From an uncultured Ruficoccus sp. (GTDB taxonomy: Bacteria; Verrucomicrobiota; Verrucomicrobiia; Opitutales; Cerasicoccaceae): a stretch of DNA of 64,000 nt. The stretch is taken from contig OZ223514.1 in assembly GCA_965140785.1 (NCBI GenBank), positions 96,001-160,000 on the forward strand, given 5' to 3'. The notes under the pieces were generated by a model that did no database searches, was not told the origin of the DNA, and was given only the letters and a program-made list of their open reading frames with translations. Shown one piece after another: positions 43,634 to 52,884 of the stretch. The position numbers were made by a program, and so were the translations under genes. Position 1 is the first letter of the stretch; every line of letters begins with the position of its first letter.

Positions 43634-44014
43634 ATGTACGTCCACGATTACCACCTAAAAAAGTATATCGTGGACGCATCTTCGTCTGCGATAGCCATGT
43701 ATCTGCATCGGCCCGATCAGAGCGGTATTCCTGAGAAAGTTATCCGGTTCGCTGGCGTGGCCGGATATGATTTTTCCGATGCGTTGGGAGCGATCATTTT
43801 TGATCTGACAGAGCAGGATATGGCGACCTTTCTCTTGGAGAAGCGTAGCGACTTTGAAAAAAGCTACCGGCGCATCGGTTGCCCTCGGTTCTGGGCGGAG
43901 AATACCGAAGAGGCCTCTGCCCGCCTAAAGAGTTTCAGGGTTTGGGAAATTACCTCAAGTATAGGTTTTGAGGGATGGGTCGTTGCTAAGTCGGTGGAAG
44001 AGGTTTTACTATGA
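43634..44014 (+). CDS. Hypothetical protein with visibly lower GC
   Basis: 126 aa from ATG 43634; codon usage differs from neighbours. Confidence 0.6.
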   Translation: MYVHDYHLKKYIVDASSSAIAMYLHRPDQSGIPEKVIRFAGVAGYDFSDALGAIIFDLTEQDMATFLLEKRSDFEKSYRRIGCPRFWAENTEEASARLKSFRVWEITSSIGFEGWVVAKSVEEVLL

Positions 44015-44059
44015 GCTTTTAGCTGTACGAAGATCGTTAATGCTTCATTTATTTAGAAC

Positions 44060-45442
44060 ATGGCCCTAGACCCGATCCCTTTTCTCACCAAGTACGCGAG
44101 CTTCCCGAGCGTGTCCACCGACTCGTCCTATGCCGAGGGCATGCTGGGGGCGCGCGAGTATATTAAAAACGCGCTGGCGGAGCTGGGCTTCGCGGTCGAG
44201 GAGGTGGCGACGCCGAAGCACCCGATCGTGCTGGCCGAGCGCGGACCGGACCGCGAGGACGTGCCGCACGTAATTATTTACGGGCACTACGATGTGCAGC
44301 CCGCCGATCCGTTCGACCTGTGGAAGAGCCCGGCTTTCGAGCCGGAGTTGCGCGACGGACGCCTCTACGGGCGCGGCACCGCCGACAACAAGGGTCCGCA
44401 GGCCGTGCAACTGGCCGCGCTCTCGCGCCTGCTGGAGGAGTACCCGGACCTGCCGCTGCGGATCACCTTCCTGATCGAGGGCGAGGAAGAGATGGGCAGC
44501 CCGAGCTTCCCGGGATTTTTGGAAAAATACGCCGAGCGCCTCGGCAAGGCCGACATGATCCTCCTCTCGGACACCGGCAGCCCCGGGACCGAGCAGATCG
44601 TGATCACGACCGGCCTGCGGGGGATGTTCGGGCTGGAAGTCACGCTGACCGACCCGGCCATGGACCTGCACTCCGGCGTCAACGGCGGACCCGTGCTCAA
44701 TCCGATCCAGGCCCTGGCCGAGTTGTGCGCCTCGCTCCACGACAAGGACGGGCGCGTCAATGTGCCCGGCTTTTACGACGCGGTGAACGAGCCGCTGCCC
44801 TGGGAGCGGGAGCAACTGGCGCAGCTCCCCACCAGCGAGGAGCAGTACAAGGACATCCTCGGCGTGCCGGGCTTTATCCACCCCGGTGGTGCCACCGCGA
44901 TGGAGTTGGTGCGCTTTTTCCCGACGCTGGAGTTCAACGGCATTGGCGGCGGCTACCAGGGCGAGGGGAGCAAGACCATCATCCCTGCCAAGGCTTTTGT
45001 CAAAATCACCTGCCGGCTCGTGCCCGACCAGGATGCCGAGGACATCGCGGCAAAGGTCCGCGCCGCCCTGGAGGAGCGCTGCCCGCCGCAGGTCCAGATG
45101 ACGATCAAACGCGAGCAAGGCGGCAGCCCCTACTACGTCGCGCCCCCCGGACGCCCGAACACCGCTCCGGACCTCTCGCCGGTTTTCGCCCGCGCGGCCG
45201 CGGCGGCCGAGGTCTCCATCGAGGAAGCCTTTGGTAAGAAGCCGCTCTACCTGCGCGAGGGGGGCAGTGTGCCGATCATCCGCCAGCTCAAGGACGCGAC
45301 CGGCCTGGACTCGCTCATGATCGGCCTCTTCACCCCGCGCGACAATCTGCACGCGCCCAACGAGAGCTTCGAGATCGACATGATGGAGAAGGGCATCACT
45401 GCCTACACGGGCATCCTGCGCCGCCTGGCCTTTGGCGAGTAG
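44060..45442 (+). CDS. M20 family dipeptidase/metallohydrolase
   Basis: YGHYDVQP, GRGTADNKG, EGEEEMGS, DLHSG, HAPNE. Confidence 0.9.
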   Translation: MALDPIPFLTKYASFPSVSTDSSYAEGMLGAREYIKNALAELGFAVEEVATPKHPIVLAERGPDREDVPHVIIYGHYDVQPADPFDLWKSPAFEPELRDGRLYGRGTADNKGPQAVQLAALSRLLEEYPDLPLRITFLIEGEEEMGSPSFPGFLEKYAERLGKADMILLSDTGSPGTEQIVITTGLRGMFGLEVTLTDPAMDLHSGVNGGPVLNPIQALAELCASLHDKDGRVNVPGFYDAVNEPLPWEREQLAQLPTSEEQYKDILGVPGFIHPGGATAMELVRFFPTLEFNGIGGGYQGEGSKTIIPAKAFVKITCRLVPDQDAEDIAAKVRAALEERCPPQVQMTIKREQGGSPYYVAPPGRPNTAPDLSPVFARAAAAAEVSIEEAFGKKPLYLREGGSVPIIRQLKDATGLDSLMIGLFTPRDNLHAPNESFEIDMMEKGITAYTGILRRLAFGE

Positions 45443-45525
45443 GCTGCGGATTGCGCCCGCCCGGCGTGTTAACTGCCGGATGTGGTCTTTGGTGTCGTTG
45501 AAGCCCGCAACAGAAACCCCGTCCC

Positions 45526-46494
45526 ATGCTGAATCGGATCATAGAATGGATAAAGCCGGTCTATGTCTGGTTTTTCGCCCGGCTCAACCGGCACCGACAG
45601 ATTTTTCTGCTGGGGGATGGGCGCAGTGGAACGACCTGGGTGGCGCAGGCGATAAACTTTGACCGCAGCTTTCTGGATTTTTTTGAGCCTTTTCATGGCC
45701 GCGATGCGCTGCATCTGCCGGACAGCCGTATGTATCCGACCGGCGAGGATCTTGATCGCCTGGGGCTCCGCTCGCCCCGTATCGATGATCCCGCTACGCG
45801 GAAAAAAGTCTGCCACCGGGTCCGGGTCTCGAAGAAATTCCTGCACTCGGGCATCCTGGTCAAGGATGTCGCGGCCCACCTCATCGCGGGTCGGGTGCAG
45901 GCGAGCGGGCAGAAGGTCGTCTATATCCTGAGGAATCCCGTCTCGATCGCCTTGTCGAAGGAGGCGTTCGGAGTCTGGCACTCCGAGGCGGATATCCGGC
46001 TGCTGGCAGACCTGAGCACGGACCTGACAGGGGTGGACGGCTATAACCCGTTGCACCAAAGTCAACCGTCCAAGTTTCTGGAATATATTTTTGTCTGGTG
46101 CGTGCTTACCCGTCAGGCGCTGGCGCAGCTATCGCGTGGCGAAGTGGTTGTGGTTTTTTATGAAAAGCTGCGCGACGATCCCGAGAGCGGATTCGGGGTG
46201 CTGTTCTCCCAACTGGGCATGACAGAGACATTTGACCGGCACCGGGAGCAGGTTCTGGCGGCGGTCGCCCAGCGGAGCCGCACAACGGTACAGTCTAACA
46301 CCCTCGGAGAGAATCTGTCCGACGACAACCCGTGGCGAAAGCCCAAACCTGCGGAAGAAGTCGAGGCGACCTACCGGATGTTGAAGCAGTTCGGGCTCTA
46401 TGGGATTTACGAAGGGGCGCTCGCGCCGAAGATGAGTGCCGGGGAAGTTCTGGCGCTGGCGCGCAGTTGGCCATCGCCTGCCGCCGAACAGTGA
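45526..46494 (+). CDS. Sulfotransferase family protein
   Basis: GRSGTTW (5'-PSB loop), RNPVSIALS (3'-PB), FYEKL..DP. Confidence 0.75.
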   Translation: MLNRIIEWIKPVYVWFFARLNRHRQIFLLGDGRSGTTWVAQAINFDRSFLDFFEPFHGRDALHLPDSRMYPTGEDLDRLGLRSPRIDDPATRKKVCHRVRVSKKFLHSGILVKDVAAHLIAGRVQASGQKVVYILRNPVSIALSKEAFGVWHSEADIRLLADLSTDLTGVDGYNPLHQSQPSKFLEYIFVWCVLTRQALAQLSRGEVVVVFYEKLRDDPESGFGVLFSQLGMTETFDRHREQVLAAVAQRSRTTVQSNTLGENLSDDNPWRKPKPAEEVEATYRMLKQFGLYGIYEGALAPKMSAGEVLALARSWPSPAAEQ

Positions 46495-46573
46495 GGGACG
46501 GGTTGGGCGCTGCTTGGGCGGAATGGTCGCGCGGCTTGAATAACGGTGAGACTGCGCCTATGCTGCGGGCGTT

Positions 46574-47341
46574 ATGATTGCGATCCTGACCCTGCTGTTG
46601 GCCATTGGTGTATCGATGTTGATTATCAAGGTGGCGGCAGTTGCGTTGGCGCAGACCGGCATGACGCGCGATATGGCTCGCTTTCAGGCGCGCTCGGCCT
46701 TCACCGGCGTCGGGTTTACCACCACCGCCTCGGAGAAAGTGGTGGGCCATCCGCTGCGCCGGCGCATTATTACGATCCTTATCATCATGGGCAACGCCGG
46801 TCTGGCCACGGTCATTGGCTCGTTGATCATTGGCTTCAACCGGGAAAATTCCGCGCTTCGGGGGACGCAGAACCTGATCATCCTGCTACTGGGGGTCACG
46901 CTGCTGTTTCTGCTTAGCCGCAGCATATTGGTGGATCGCTTGCTGGAGCGGAGCATTCGCCGCATCCTGCGCAAGAAGACCACCCTGGGGCGGCGCGGCT
47001 ATCATCGGCTGGTGGAGCTGGCCTTTGACTACGAGATCACCGAGGTGGACAGCAAGGAGAACTCCTGGCTGTGCGACAAAACACTGGCCGAGCTGAATCT
47101 GCCCGACGAGGGCGTGCTGGTGCTTGGGATCTGGCGCAATGCGGATACCTACCTGGGAGCTCCGCGCGGAGACTATACCATCCAGGAGGGGGACCGGGTC
47201 GTGATGTACGGCAAGGGCGAGAGCCTCGGAGAGATTGCCCGCGTGCGGGACAATCTGGAGGGCAAGGAACTCCAGCAGCACCGCAAGGAGCAGCACAGTG
47301 AGGAAATGGAGGAGCAGGACGAACAGGCCGGCGAAACGTAA
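46574..47341 (+). CDS. Membrane protein with TrkA-C (RCK-C) domain
   Basis: ARFQARSAFTGVGFTT, KTLAELNLPDEGVLVLGIWR. Confidence 0.85.
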   Translation: MIAILTLLLAIGVSMLIIKVAAVALAQTGMTRDMARFQARSAFTGVGFTTTASEKVVGHPLRRRIITILIIMGNAGLATVIGSLIIGFNRENSALRGTQNLIILLLGVTLLFLLSRSILVDRLLERSIRRILRKKTTLGRRGYHRLVELAFDYEITEVDSKENSWLCDKTLAELNLPDEGVLVLGIWRNADTYLGAPRGDYTIQEGDRVVMYGKGESLGEIARVRDNLEGKELQQHRKEQHSEEMEEQDEQAGET

Positions 47342-47470
47342 GCAGATGCTGTTGCCGACCCGGCTATGCGGCTCCCCCGTCGTATAGGCGGGAAAATCTT
47401 CGCCTGTTTGCAGATGCTCAGACAGGCAAGGTGGAAAGGTGAGCGGACATGTCATCGAGGCATACATGCC

Positions 47471-47506
47471 CACAAAAAACCTCCGCGCAGGCGGAGGTTT
47501 TTTGTG
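47471..47506. terminator. Bidirectional intrinsic terminator
   Basis: Perfect 16-bp inverted repeat cacaaaaaacctccgc/gcggaggttttttgtg between convergent genes. Confidence 0.9.
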
Positions 47507-47550
47507 ATGCCGAAAGCATCGAAAATGAGGACCAATCTTCTATCAGCCGG

Positions 47551-48111
47551 TTACTGGACCAGATACACGTCCACGCGGCGGTCGGCGATGACGCTGGGGT
47601 CGGTCTTGGGCAGGTCCTGGTCGGCTTCAAGTTCGCCGAGTGAGAGGACTTCCACGCGGGTGGGGGAGATGCCCTGTCGCACGATGTAGTCCTTGACGGC
47701 ATTGGCGCGGCGGTCACCCAGGCCGAGGTTGTACTCGGTGGTGCCGTACCAGTCGGTGTGCCCTTCGCAGATGACGCGGGCACTGGCATTGTTGTTCAGG
47801 TAGCTGACCACTTGGTCGAGCTTGCCCTGCTCGGAGGGTTGGACGGTAAATTCATCGAAGCCGAACTGAACGGTGGCCATGGCATTGCCTTGGTCGAGCC
47901 CGCCGTTCATGCTGTTGAAGGCCGGGTCGCGCATCTCCAGGGACTCTCCAGTGGAGGGGCTGATGGCGTCGGGATTGATCCAGTCTTCACGCGGTCCGCC
48001 GACGGTGCTGGAGAGCGTGTCCTCCGGTGAGGGTTCGGGGTCGGATTCGCACCCGCTGAAGAGCACGGCGCATAGACTGAGGCTGACGAGGTAAAGACTG
48101 ACCTTCTTCAT
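47551..48111 (-). CDS. pal: OmpA-family peptidoglycan-associated lipoprotein (Pal-like)
   Basis: Lipobox FSGC; EGHTD.YGT.EYNLGLGDRRA..V; DRRV. Confidence 0.8.
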   Translation of the reverse strand: MKKVSLYLVSLSLCAVLFSGCESDPEPSPEDTLSSTVGGPREDWINPDAISPSTGESLEMRDPAFNSMNGGLDQGNAMATVQFGFDEFTVQPSEQGKLDQVVSYLNNNASARVICEGHTDWYGTTEYNLGLGDRRANAVKDYIVRQGISPTRVEVLSLGELEADQDLPKTDPSVIADRRVDVYLVQ

Positions 48112-48167
48112 TTGATTCCTACTGATGTTTGAATCTTATTAACTGGGCAAGGAATTTCGTAACGCGC

Positions 48168-49019
48168 ATGTTAAAACAAGTGAAAAACCATGACAAGTCG
48201 GTTTATCTTTTAATAGATAACGGTTCCTTGCGCCCGGAGGCAACCCTTAGTCTGCGCGAACTGGCCGAAACACTCGGCAAGGCCTGCGGGCGGACGGTCC
48301 ATCCGGTCTCCCTCCTGCATGCCGACCGGGTGGAGCCGGAACAGCTCGGCGGTGAACGTGCTTGGACGTTTTTGCCCTTTTTGAAGCACCAACTGCAATT
48401 GGGAAACCGGGACTTTCGCGTGGTTCCGCTTTTTCTGGGGCCGAGCCGCGCGCTCACTCAGTATATTCCTGACCAAGTGGCGGCGTTGGAGGCGACGGAG
48501 CCGGGTTTGCACGTGCGTGTGGCACCCTGCCTGTGCCCGGCGGACGGTTCCGGAGATGCGGCGGTGACCGCGATACTGGCCCGGGCGCTCCGGGCGACTC
48601 TGCGTGAGCGTGGCTTGACGCGCCCCCGCGTGGCGCTGGTGGACCACGGCTCGCCAGTGGAGGCCGTGACGCAGGTGCGCAACCGCATGGCGGCGCGGCT
48701 GGCGGAATCACTCGGCGCTGAGGCCGAAGCAGTCGCCCCCTGCTCGATGGAGCGGCGCGAGGGCGAGAAATACGCCTTTAACGAGCCGCTGCTGGAAAAG
48801 CTCCTGCGTCAGCGCGACTGGCGTGAATCGGCGGTGGTCGTGAGCATGCTCTTTCTCCAGCCCGGTCGTCACGCCGGACCCGGCGGGGACGTGGCGGGCA
48901 TCTGCGCGGGGGCCGAGGCGGAATCGCCGGCCCTGCAAACCTGTCGCACCCCTCTGCTGGGGGAAGACCCGGCGCTGATCGAACTGCTCAGCGAGCGTCT
49001 GCGGCAGGTGAGCGCATGA
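48168..49019 (+). CDS. CbiX/SirB-like chelatase domain protein
   Basis: DNGSLR, VPLFLGPS, DHGS, FLQPGRHAG; start uncertain. Confidence 0.75.
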   Translation: MLKQVKNHDKSVYLLIDNGSLRPEATLSLRELAETLGKACGRTVHPVSLLHADRVEPEQLGGERAWTFLPFLKHQLQLGNRDFRVVPLFLGPSRALTQYIPDQVAALEATEPGLHVRVAPCLCPADGSGDAAVTAILARALRATLRERGLTRPRVALVDHGSPVEAVTQVRNRMAARLAESLGAEAEAVAPCSMERREGEKYAFNEPLLEKLLRQRDWRESAVVVSMLFLQPGRHAGPGGDVAGICAGAEAESPALQTCRTPLLGEDPALIELLSERLRQVSA

Positions 49020-49266
49020 TCTCGGAACTTTCTTGTGTGCCGGGTCTATACTCCGGATTGTCCGCCAGCGCTTTTTGTATCCACTCATTGTCACTGGCGC
49101 TCAGTCCCAGCAGGATATCTGACGGGGTATTCGGATTGCGGGCCAGGCATAGGTCAGTTCCGAGCTGACCTTTTGAATAGAGCGTTCTCAACAACGTGGG
49201 CGAAGCGTTGGGATGGCAGGCGAGATCATTGTCGAGTTGGTAGCCGAAATAAACGGTGCCCCGCAT
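48988..49266 (-). pseudogene. Short ORF or gene fragment with LRV-like repeats
   Basis: LACHPNASPTLL, LARNPNTPSDIL, LADNP repeats; lower GC; overlaps the end of the chelatase gene. Confidence 0.45.
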
Positions 49267-49337
49267 TTTAGACCTGCCGCTAGGATCGGCTGCAACGGTA
49301 AATTTCTCGGCAGATCTAGGAAAAATCCTGAAAATCC

Positions 49338-50003
49338 TCAGCCTTCGCTGCCGGAGGGCAAGACGCCTTCGATCAGGCCCTGCTGGATGGCGTAGCGGGT
49401 GAGGCTGGCTACGTCGTGCAGGTCGAGTTTCTTCATCAGGTTGGTGCGGTGGTTTTCCGCCGTTTTTACACTGATGTTAAGCTTTTGGGCGACTTCCTTG
49501 GTGCTGTGGCTTTCGGCGATGAGCTGGAGGATTTCACGCTCGCGGGCAGTGAGCACATCGACGCCCTTGCGGTTGGAGGCGTTCGGGTTGAGTACGGCCT
49601 CGCGCAGCATCTGGGCGACTTCCGGGCCGAAATAGCTGCCGCCATTGGCGACGATTTCGATACCCTTCTTCAGCTCGCTCAGGGGCGCGGACTTCTCCAC
49701 GAAGCCATGGGCGCCGGCCTGTAGCAGTTCCCGGACGAGGGAAGGATTTTGGTAGCCCGAAAAAACCAGTACACGGGTGTTCTTGAGGTGTTTGGCGAAA
49801 CGTCGGAGCACTTCGGCCCCATTCAGGCCGGGGAGCATCACGTCAAGGATGACGAAGTCGGGCTTCAGCTCCATGACAAGGTTGTAGGCTTCCTGACCGT
49901 CGCCCGGTTCGGCGACCACCTCAAAGGATGGATCGGACTGGACGATCTGGGAGATCATTTCCCGTACCGCAGTCTGATCCTCGACGATAACAACTTTCTT
50001 CAT
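49338..50003 (-). CDS. NarL/LuxR-family response regulator (no cognate kinase in window)
   Basis: [41 protein letters not shown]. Confidence 0.92.
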   Translation of the reverse strand: MKKVVIVEDQTAVREMISQIVQSDPSFEVVAEPGDGQEAYNLVMELKPDFVILDVMLPGLNGAEVLRRFAKHLKNTRVLVFSGYQNPSLVRELLQAGAHGFVEKSAPLSELKKGIEIVANGGSYFGPEVAQMLREAVLNPNASNRKGVDVLTAREREILQLIAESHSTKEVAQKLNISVKTAENHRTNLMKKLDLHDVASLTRYAIQQGLIEGVLPSGSEG

Positions 50004-50220
50004 GTGAGAGCTTTATAATGACGAAAAAACACAGATAGAGGCCGCATGCGAGCCTTTTAGGGCGTCCAGACAACTCCGCATGCGCGTTTTGCCTGCATAA
50101 TCATGAGTCAAACGGTTTAGTATCATGCCCCTGTTGTAAAGGCTTTTTACGGGCTTGTTCCCGACTGGGGTTTTTTAAAAAATCCTTTACAAGAAGGTCT
50201 TGCGGAAACTGGGGGGTATC

Positions 50221-50296
50221 TGGTAGGCCGGCTGGGACTCGAACCCAGAACCAATGGCTTAAAAGGCCACTGCTCTACCGATTGAGCTACCGACCC
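50221..50296 (-). tRNA. tRNA-Lys (anticodon UUU)
   Basis: Reverse complement GGGTCGGTAGCTCAATCGGTAGAGCAGTGGCCTTTTAAGCCATTGGTTCTGGGTTCGAGTCCCAGCCGGCCTACCA, 76 nt cloverleaf with encoded CCA. Confidence 0.97.
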
Positions 50297-50384
50297 GCGA
50301 AAAGATTGAACAAAAGCCACGACAGAAGCCATGGCAAGCGCAAAAGGTTTGCAGACTCAGAGGGGGGCAGTAAAGCTCAATCTC

Positions 50385-50717
50385 ATGAAATTTCCCTCTC
50401 TCTTCATTGCCGGGCTTATCTGCGGCGGGGCCTTGATGCTGGGCGGTTGCGGCTCGCCGGTTTCCCAGGATATGTCCACTGGCGGCAAGGATTTTCAGAA
50501 CGCCATGTTCGGCTATGAGGAAACGACCTACGAGTATCCCGTGCAGGTGCCGGGTACGAACCGGTGGGTTAAGATCGTCTCGAAGGAGCCGATTGACCGT
50601 CCGGTAACTTATGAGGATTACCTCACCTGGAAGGCGCAGCAGGAAGGCACAGCGGAGGAATCCGAGCCACAGACCGCTCCGCAATCGTCCAAAGTCAACG
50701 CCCCCAACCGCAAATAA
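50385..50717 (+). CDS. Small lipoprotein
   Basis: Lipobox LGGC after a hydrophobic signal peptide. Confidence 0.7.
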   Translation: MKFPSLFIAGLICGGALMLGGCGSPVSQDMSTGGKDFQNAMFGYEETTYEYPVQVPGTNRWVKIVSKEPIDRPVTYEDYLTWKAQQEGTAEESEPQTAPQSSKVNAPNRK

Positions 50718-50729
50718 CGTCCGCCGCCC

Positions 50730-51392
50730 ATGACCTTCGCCGAAGAACTGCTCCTGCTCGCCCTGGATCCCGACACGGGTAAGTTTCACCCGCTTCCGCG
50801 CAAGTCGCTGGAGCTGTCCCTGGCCGGAGCGCTGTTGTTGGAGCTGGCTTTCCGGGAGGTTATCGACACCGATCCGGGCGTGGTCATCGTTCGCAAGGAG
50901 CAGGTCAAAAGCAGCCAGTTTCTCGACGCGGCGCTGCAAACCATCCGCGAGGGGCAGGACCGCGTGCCCTTGCAGCAGGCGCTGGCCCGTCTGGCCTTGC
51001 AGGGGCATGCGCTCATTCGCCGCACGCTGCAGCGGCTGGTGGATCAGGGCGTGCTGTCGGAGAAGGACGATTCGTTCCTGTGGATCAAGCGCCCGCTGCG
51101 CCACCCGCTGGCCGATGGCGAGACCTACGATAATGTCGTGGACCGCATCCGTGCACTGGCGCTGGACCCGGAGGAAATTCCCGACCCGCACGATGTCGTG
51201 CTGGTCGCGCTGAGCGAGGGTTGCAAGCTACACCGGTTGTTGTTCAATGTACAGGAGTACGCGCAGTGCCGGGAGCGGCTGAAGGCGATCGCCGCGATGG
51301 ACTTCGTCGGTCAGGCGATCATCGAGGCCGTGCAGACGATCGGGGAACGCTCGTTGCTGGAATTGGCTGCGGGCGAAGGAACGTCTCACTGA
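50730..51392 (+). CDS. GPP34 / GOLPH3-VPS74 family protein
   Basis: TFAEELLLLALD...LAGALLLELA...LVDQGVL pattern. Confidence 0.85.
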   Translation: MTFAEELLLLALDPDTGKFHPLPRKSLELSLAGALLLELAFREVIDTDPGVVIVRKEQVKSSQFLDAALQTIREGQDRVPLQQALARLALQGHALIRRTLQRLVDQGVLSEKDDSFLWIKRPLRHPLADGETYDNVVDRIRALALDPEEIPDPHDVVLVALSEGCKLHRLLFNVQEYAQCRERLKAIAAMDFVGQAIIEAVQTIGERSLLELAAGEGTSH

Positions 51393-51451
51393 ATGCGCCG
51401 GGCTGGTATGGCACCGGACGTATTTTAAACCGTTCGAACTCCCCTTTACGC

Positions 51452-52699
51452 TCAGCTCACGATCATCGTGCTCAGCAGCAGCACGAGGATGAGCAGGAAA
51501 AGGCCCGCCGTGGCGAACTTGACCAGCGCCGCGTGCTTTTGGAAAAACGCGGTCAGGCGCTCATTGCTCAGGCCGAAGAACGCCAGCACGATCACCACCA
51601 GCAGCGGCACGGTAAAGGCCAGGTTGTACAGCACCAGGTAGCCGAAGGCGGCGCTTTTCTGCGTGCCGGTGTGAAACATGTACAGGATGACCGGCGCGTA
51701 CACCTGACCGGTGCAGGCCAGCTCCAGCACGGAGACGACCACCCCGGCCCCGAAGGCTGCCAGCACGACCCGCCGGTGCCGCGCCCCGTGCCGGATGGCG
51801 GCGTTGATGCGCTTGCGCAAAAAGAGCGGGAGCTTCAGGGTGGTTTCACTGAGCCGTCCCCGCAGGCACAGCAGGCCGTCGCGCAGGCTCAGGATGGCCA
51901 GCACGAGCGCCGCCGCCGCGAGTATCCAGTTAAAAATGTCCGCGATCGCTCGGACTGATCCGGCCCGGCTGACCGCCTGGGCGAAGCCTACCCCGAGCGC
52001 GAGGTAGGTCAGGAAGATGGCCAGTGCGAAAGTCAGCCCGACCTGGAGCATCTGCGCGGGCGTGCGGTGGGTCACGTGCAGGTAGGATAGAAAAAACAGG
52101 ATGGTGGCGAAGGCGCAGGGGTTGATGCCGTCGAGCAGCCCGGCCACGAGCACGATCCAGCCCGTCATCCCCTCGAAGCGTTGCCGGATGTTGCTGTCGG
52201 ACTGTTCGAGTCCGGCTGTATCCGAAGATGGATACCATTCGCCGGGTGGGGCGTCGAGGGCGGCGTCGAGCAGTTCCGCCAGCGAGCCGAAGGAGATGGC
52301 GTCGCGCCCAAGCGCCCCGGCCCGTGTGAAAACCGCCGGTGCCAACAGGCGCTGGCTCTCGGGCAAACCAAAATGCTCGGCCAGGGCCTCGTTGAGCTGC
52401 ATGGCGGCGGGGTCTTGGATGTCGTGGCGCTCGATGGCCAGCTCCGGCATGGCCGCGTGCAGTTCCTCCAGCCAGGCCTGCGCCTGTGCGCACTCCCCGC
52501 AGCCGATCTGGTAGAAATACACCACCCGCACTGCATCCTCAGGCAGGGCGGGAACCTCAGAGGCGGTTGCTTCTTCGTGCGGGGTCGCACTTGTGTTTGA
52601 CGCCAGGCCATTCGCACTCGCTGCGTAAATCCAGCCCGGGAAAAACCCGGCCCCGAGCAGCGCGAATAGCAGGCAGACGTGTCGCAGGAAGGTTGGCAT
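51452..52699 (-). CDS. Thioredoxin-like domain fused to a CcdA/DsbD-like membrane domain
   Basis: Signal peptide, CGEC, GLLDGINPCA, LELACTGQVY. Confidence 0.82.
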   Translation of the reverse strand: MPTFLRHVCLLFALLGAGFFPGWIYAASANGLASNTSATPHEEATASEVPALPEDAVRVVYFYQIGCGECAQAQAWLEELHAAMPELAIERHDIQDPAAMQLNEALAEHFGLPESQRLLAPAVFTRAGALGRDAISFGSLAELLDAALDAPPGEWYPSSDTAGLEQSDSNIRQRFEGMTGWIVLVAGLLDGINPCAFATILFFLSYLHVTHRTPAQMLQVGLTFALAIFLTYLALGVGFAQAVSRAGSVRAIADIFNWILAAAALVLAILSLRDGLLCLRGRLSETTLKLPLFLRKRINAAIRHGARHRRVVLAAFGAGVVVSVLELACTGQVYAPVILYMFHTGTQKSAAFGYLVLYNLAFTVPLLVVIVLAFFGLSNERLTAFFQKHAALVKFATAGLFLLILVLLLSTMIVS

Positions 52700-52884
52700 G
52701 GAAACGCCGCATCCTGCAAGGCGTCGAGCGGGAGCGCCAGCCTCAATTATCGCACCTGGGGCGACCTGAGGCGGAGCCGCAGCGAACGGTCGGGGCGGTG
52801 TCCGGGGACGGCTCCCGGACTGGCCACCCGGTTTGACTCGCGCCCAATACTGGCTTAAGTGACAGCGATCCCTCCTCCTCTCTC

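Noticed and set aside
45526..46494. Sulfotransferase as a tailoring enzyme of the biosynthetic operon
   Set aside because: Separated by about 4.6 kb, a convergent gene and purH; no evidence of linkage.
50221..50296. tRNA-Lys as an integration site for a genomic island
   Set aside because: No integrase gene and no duplicated tRNA 3' end noticed in the window.
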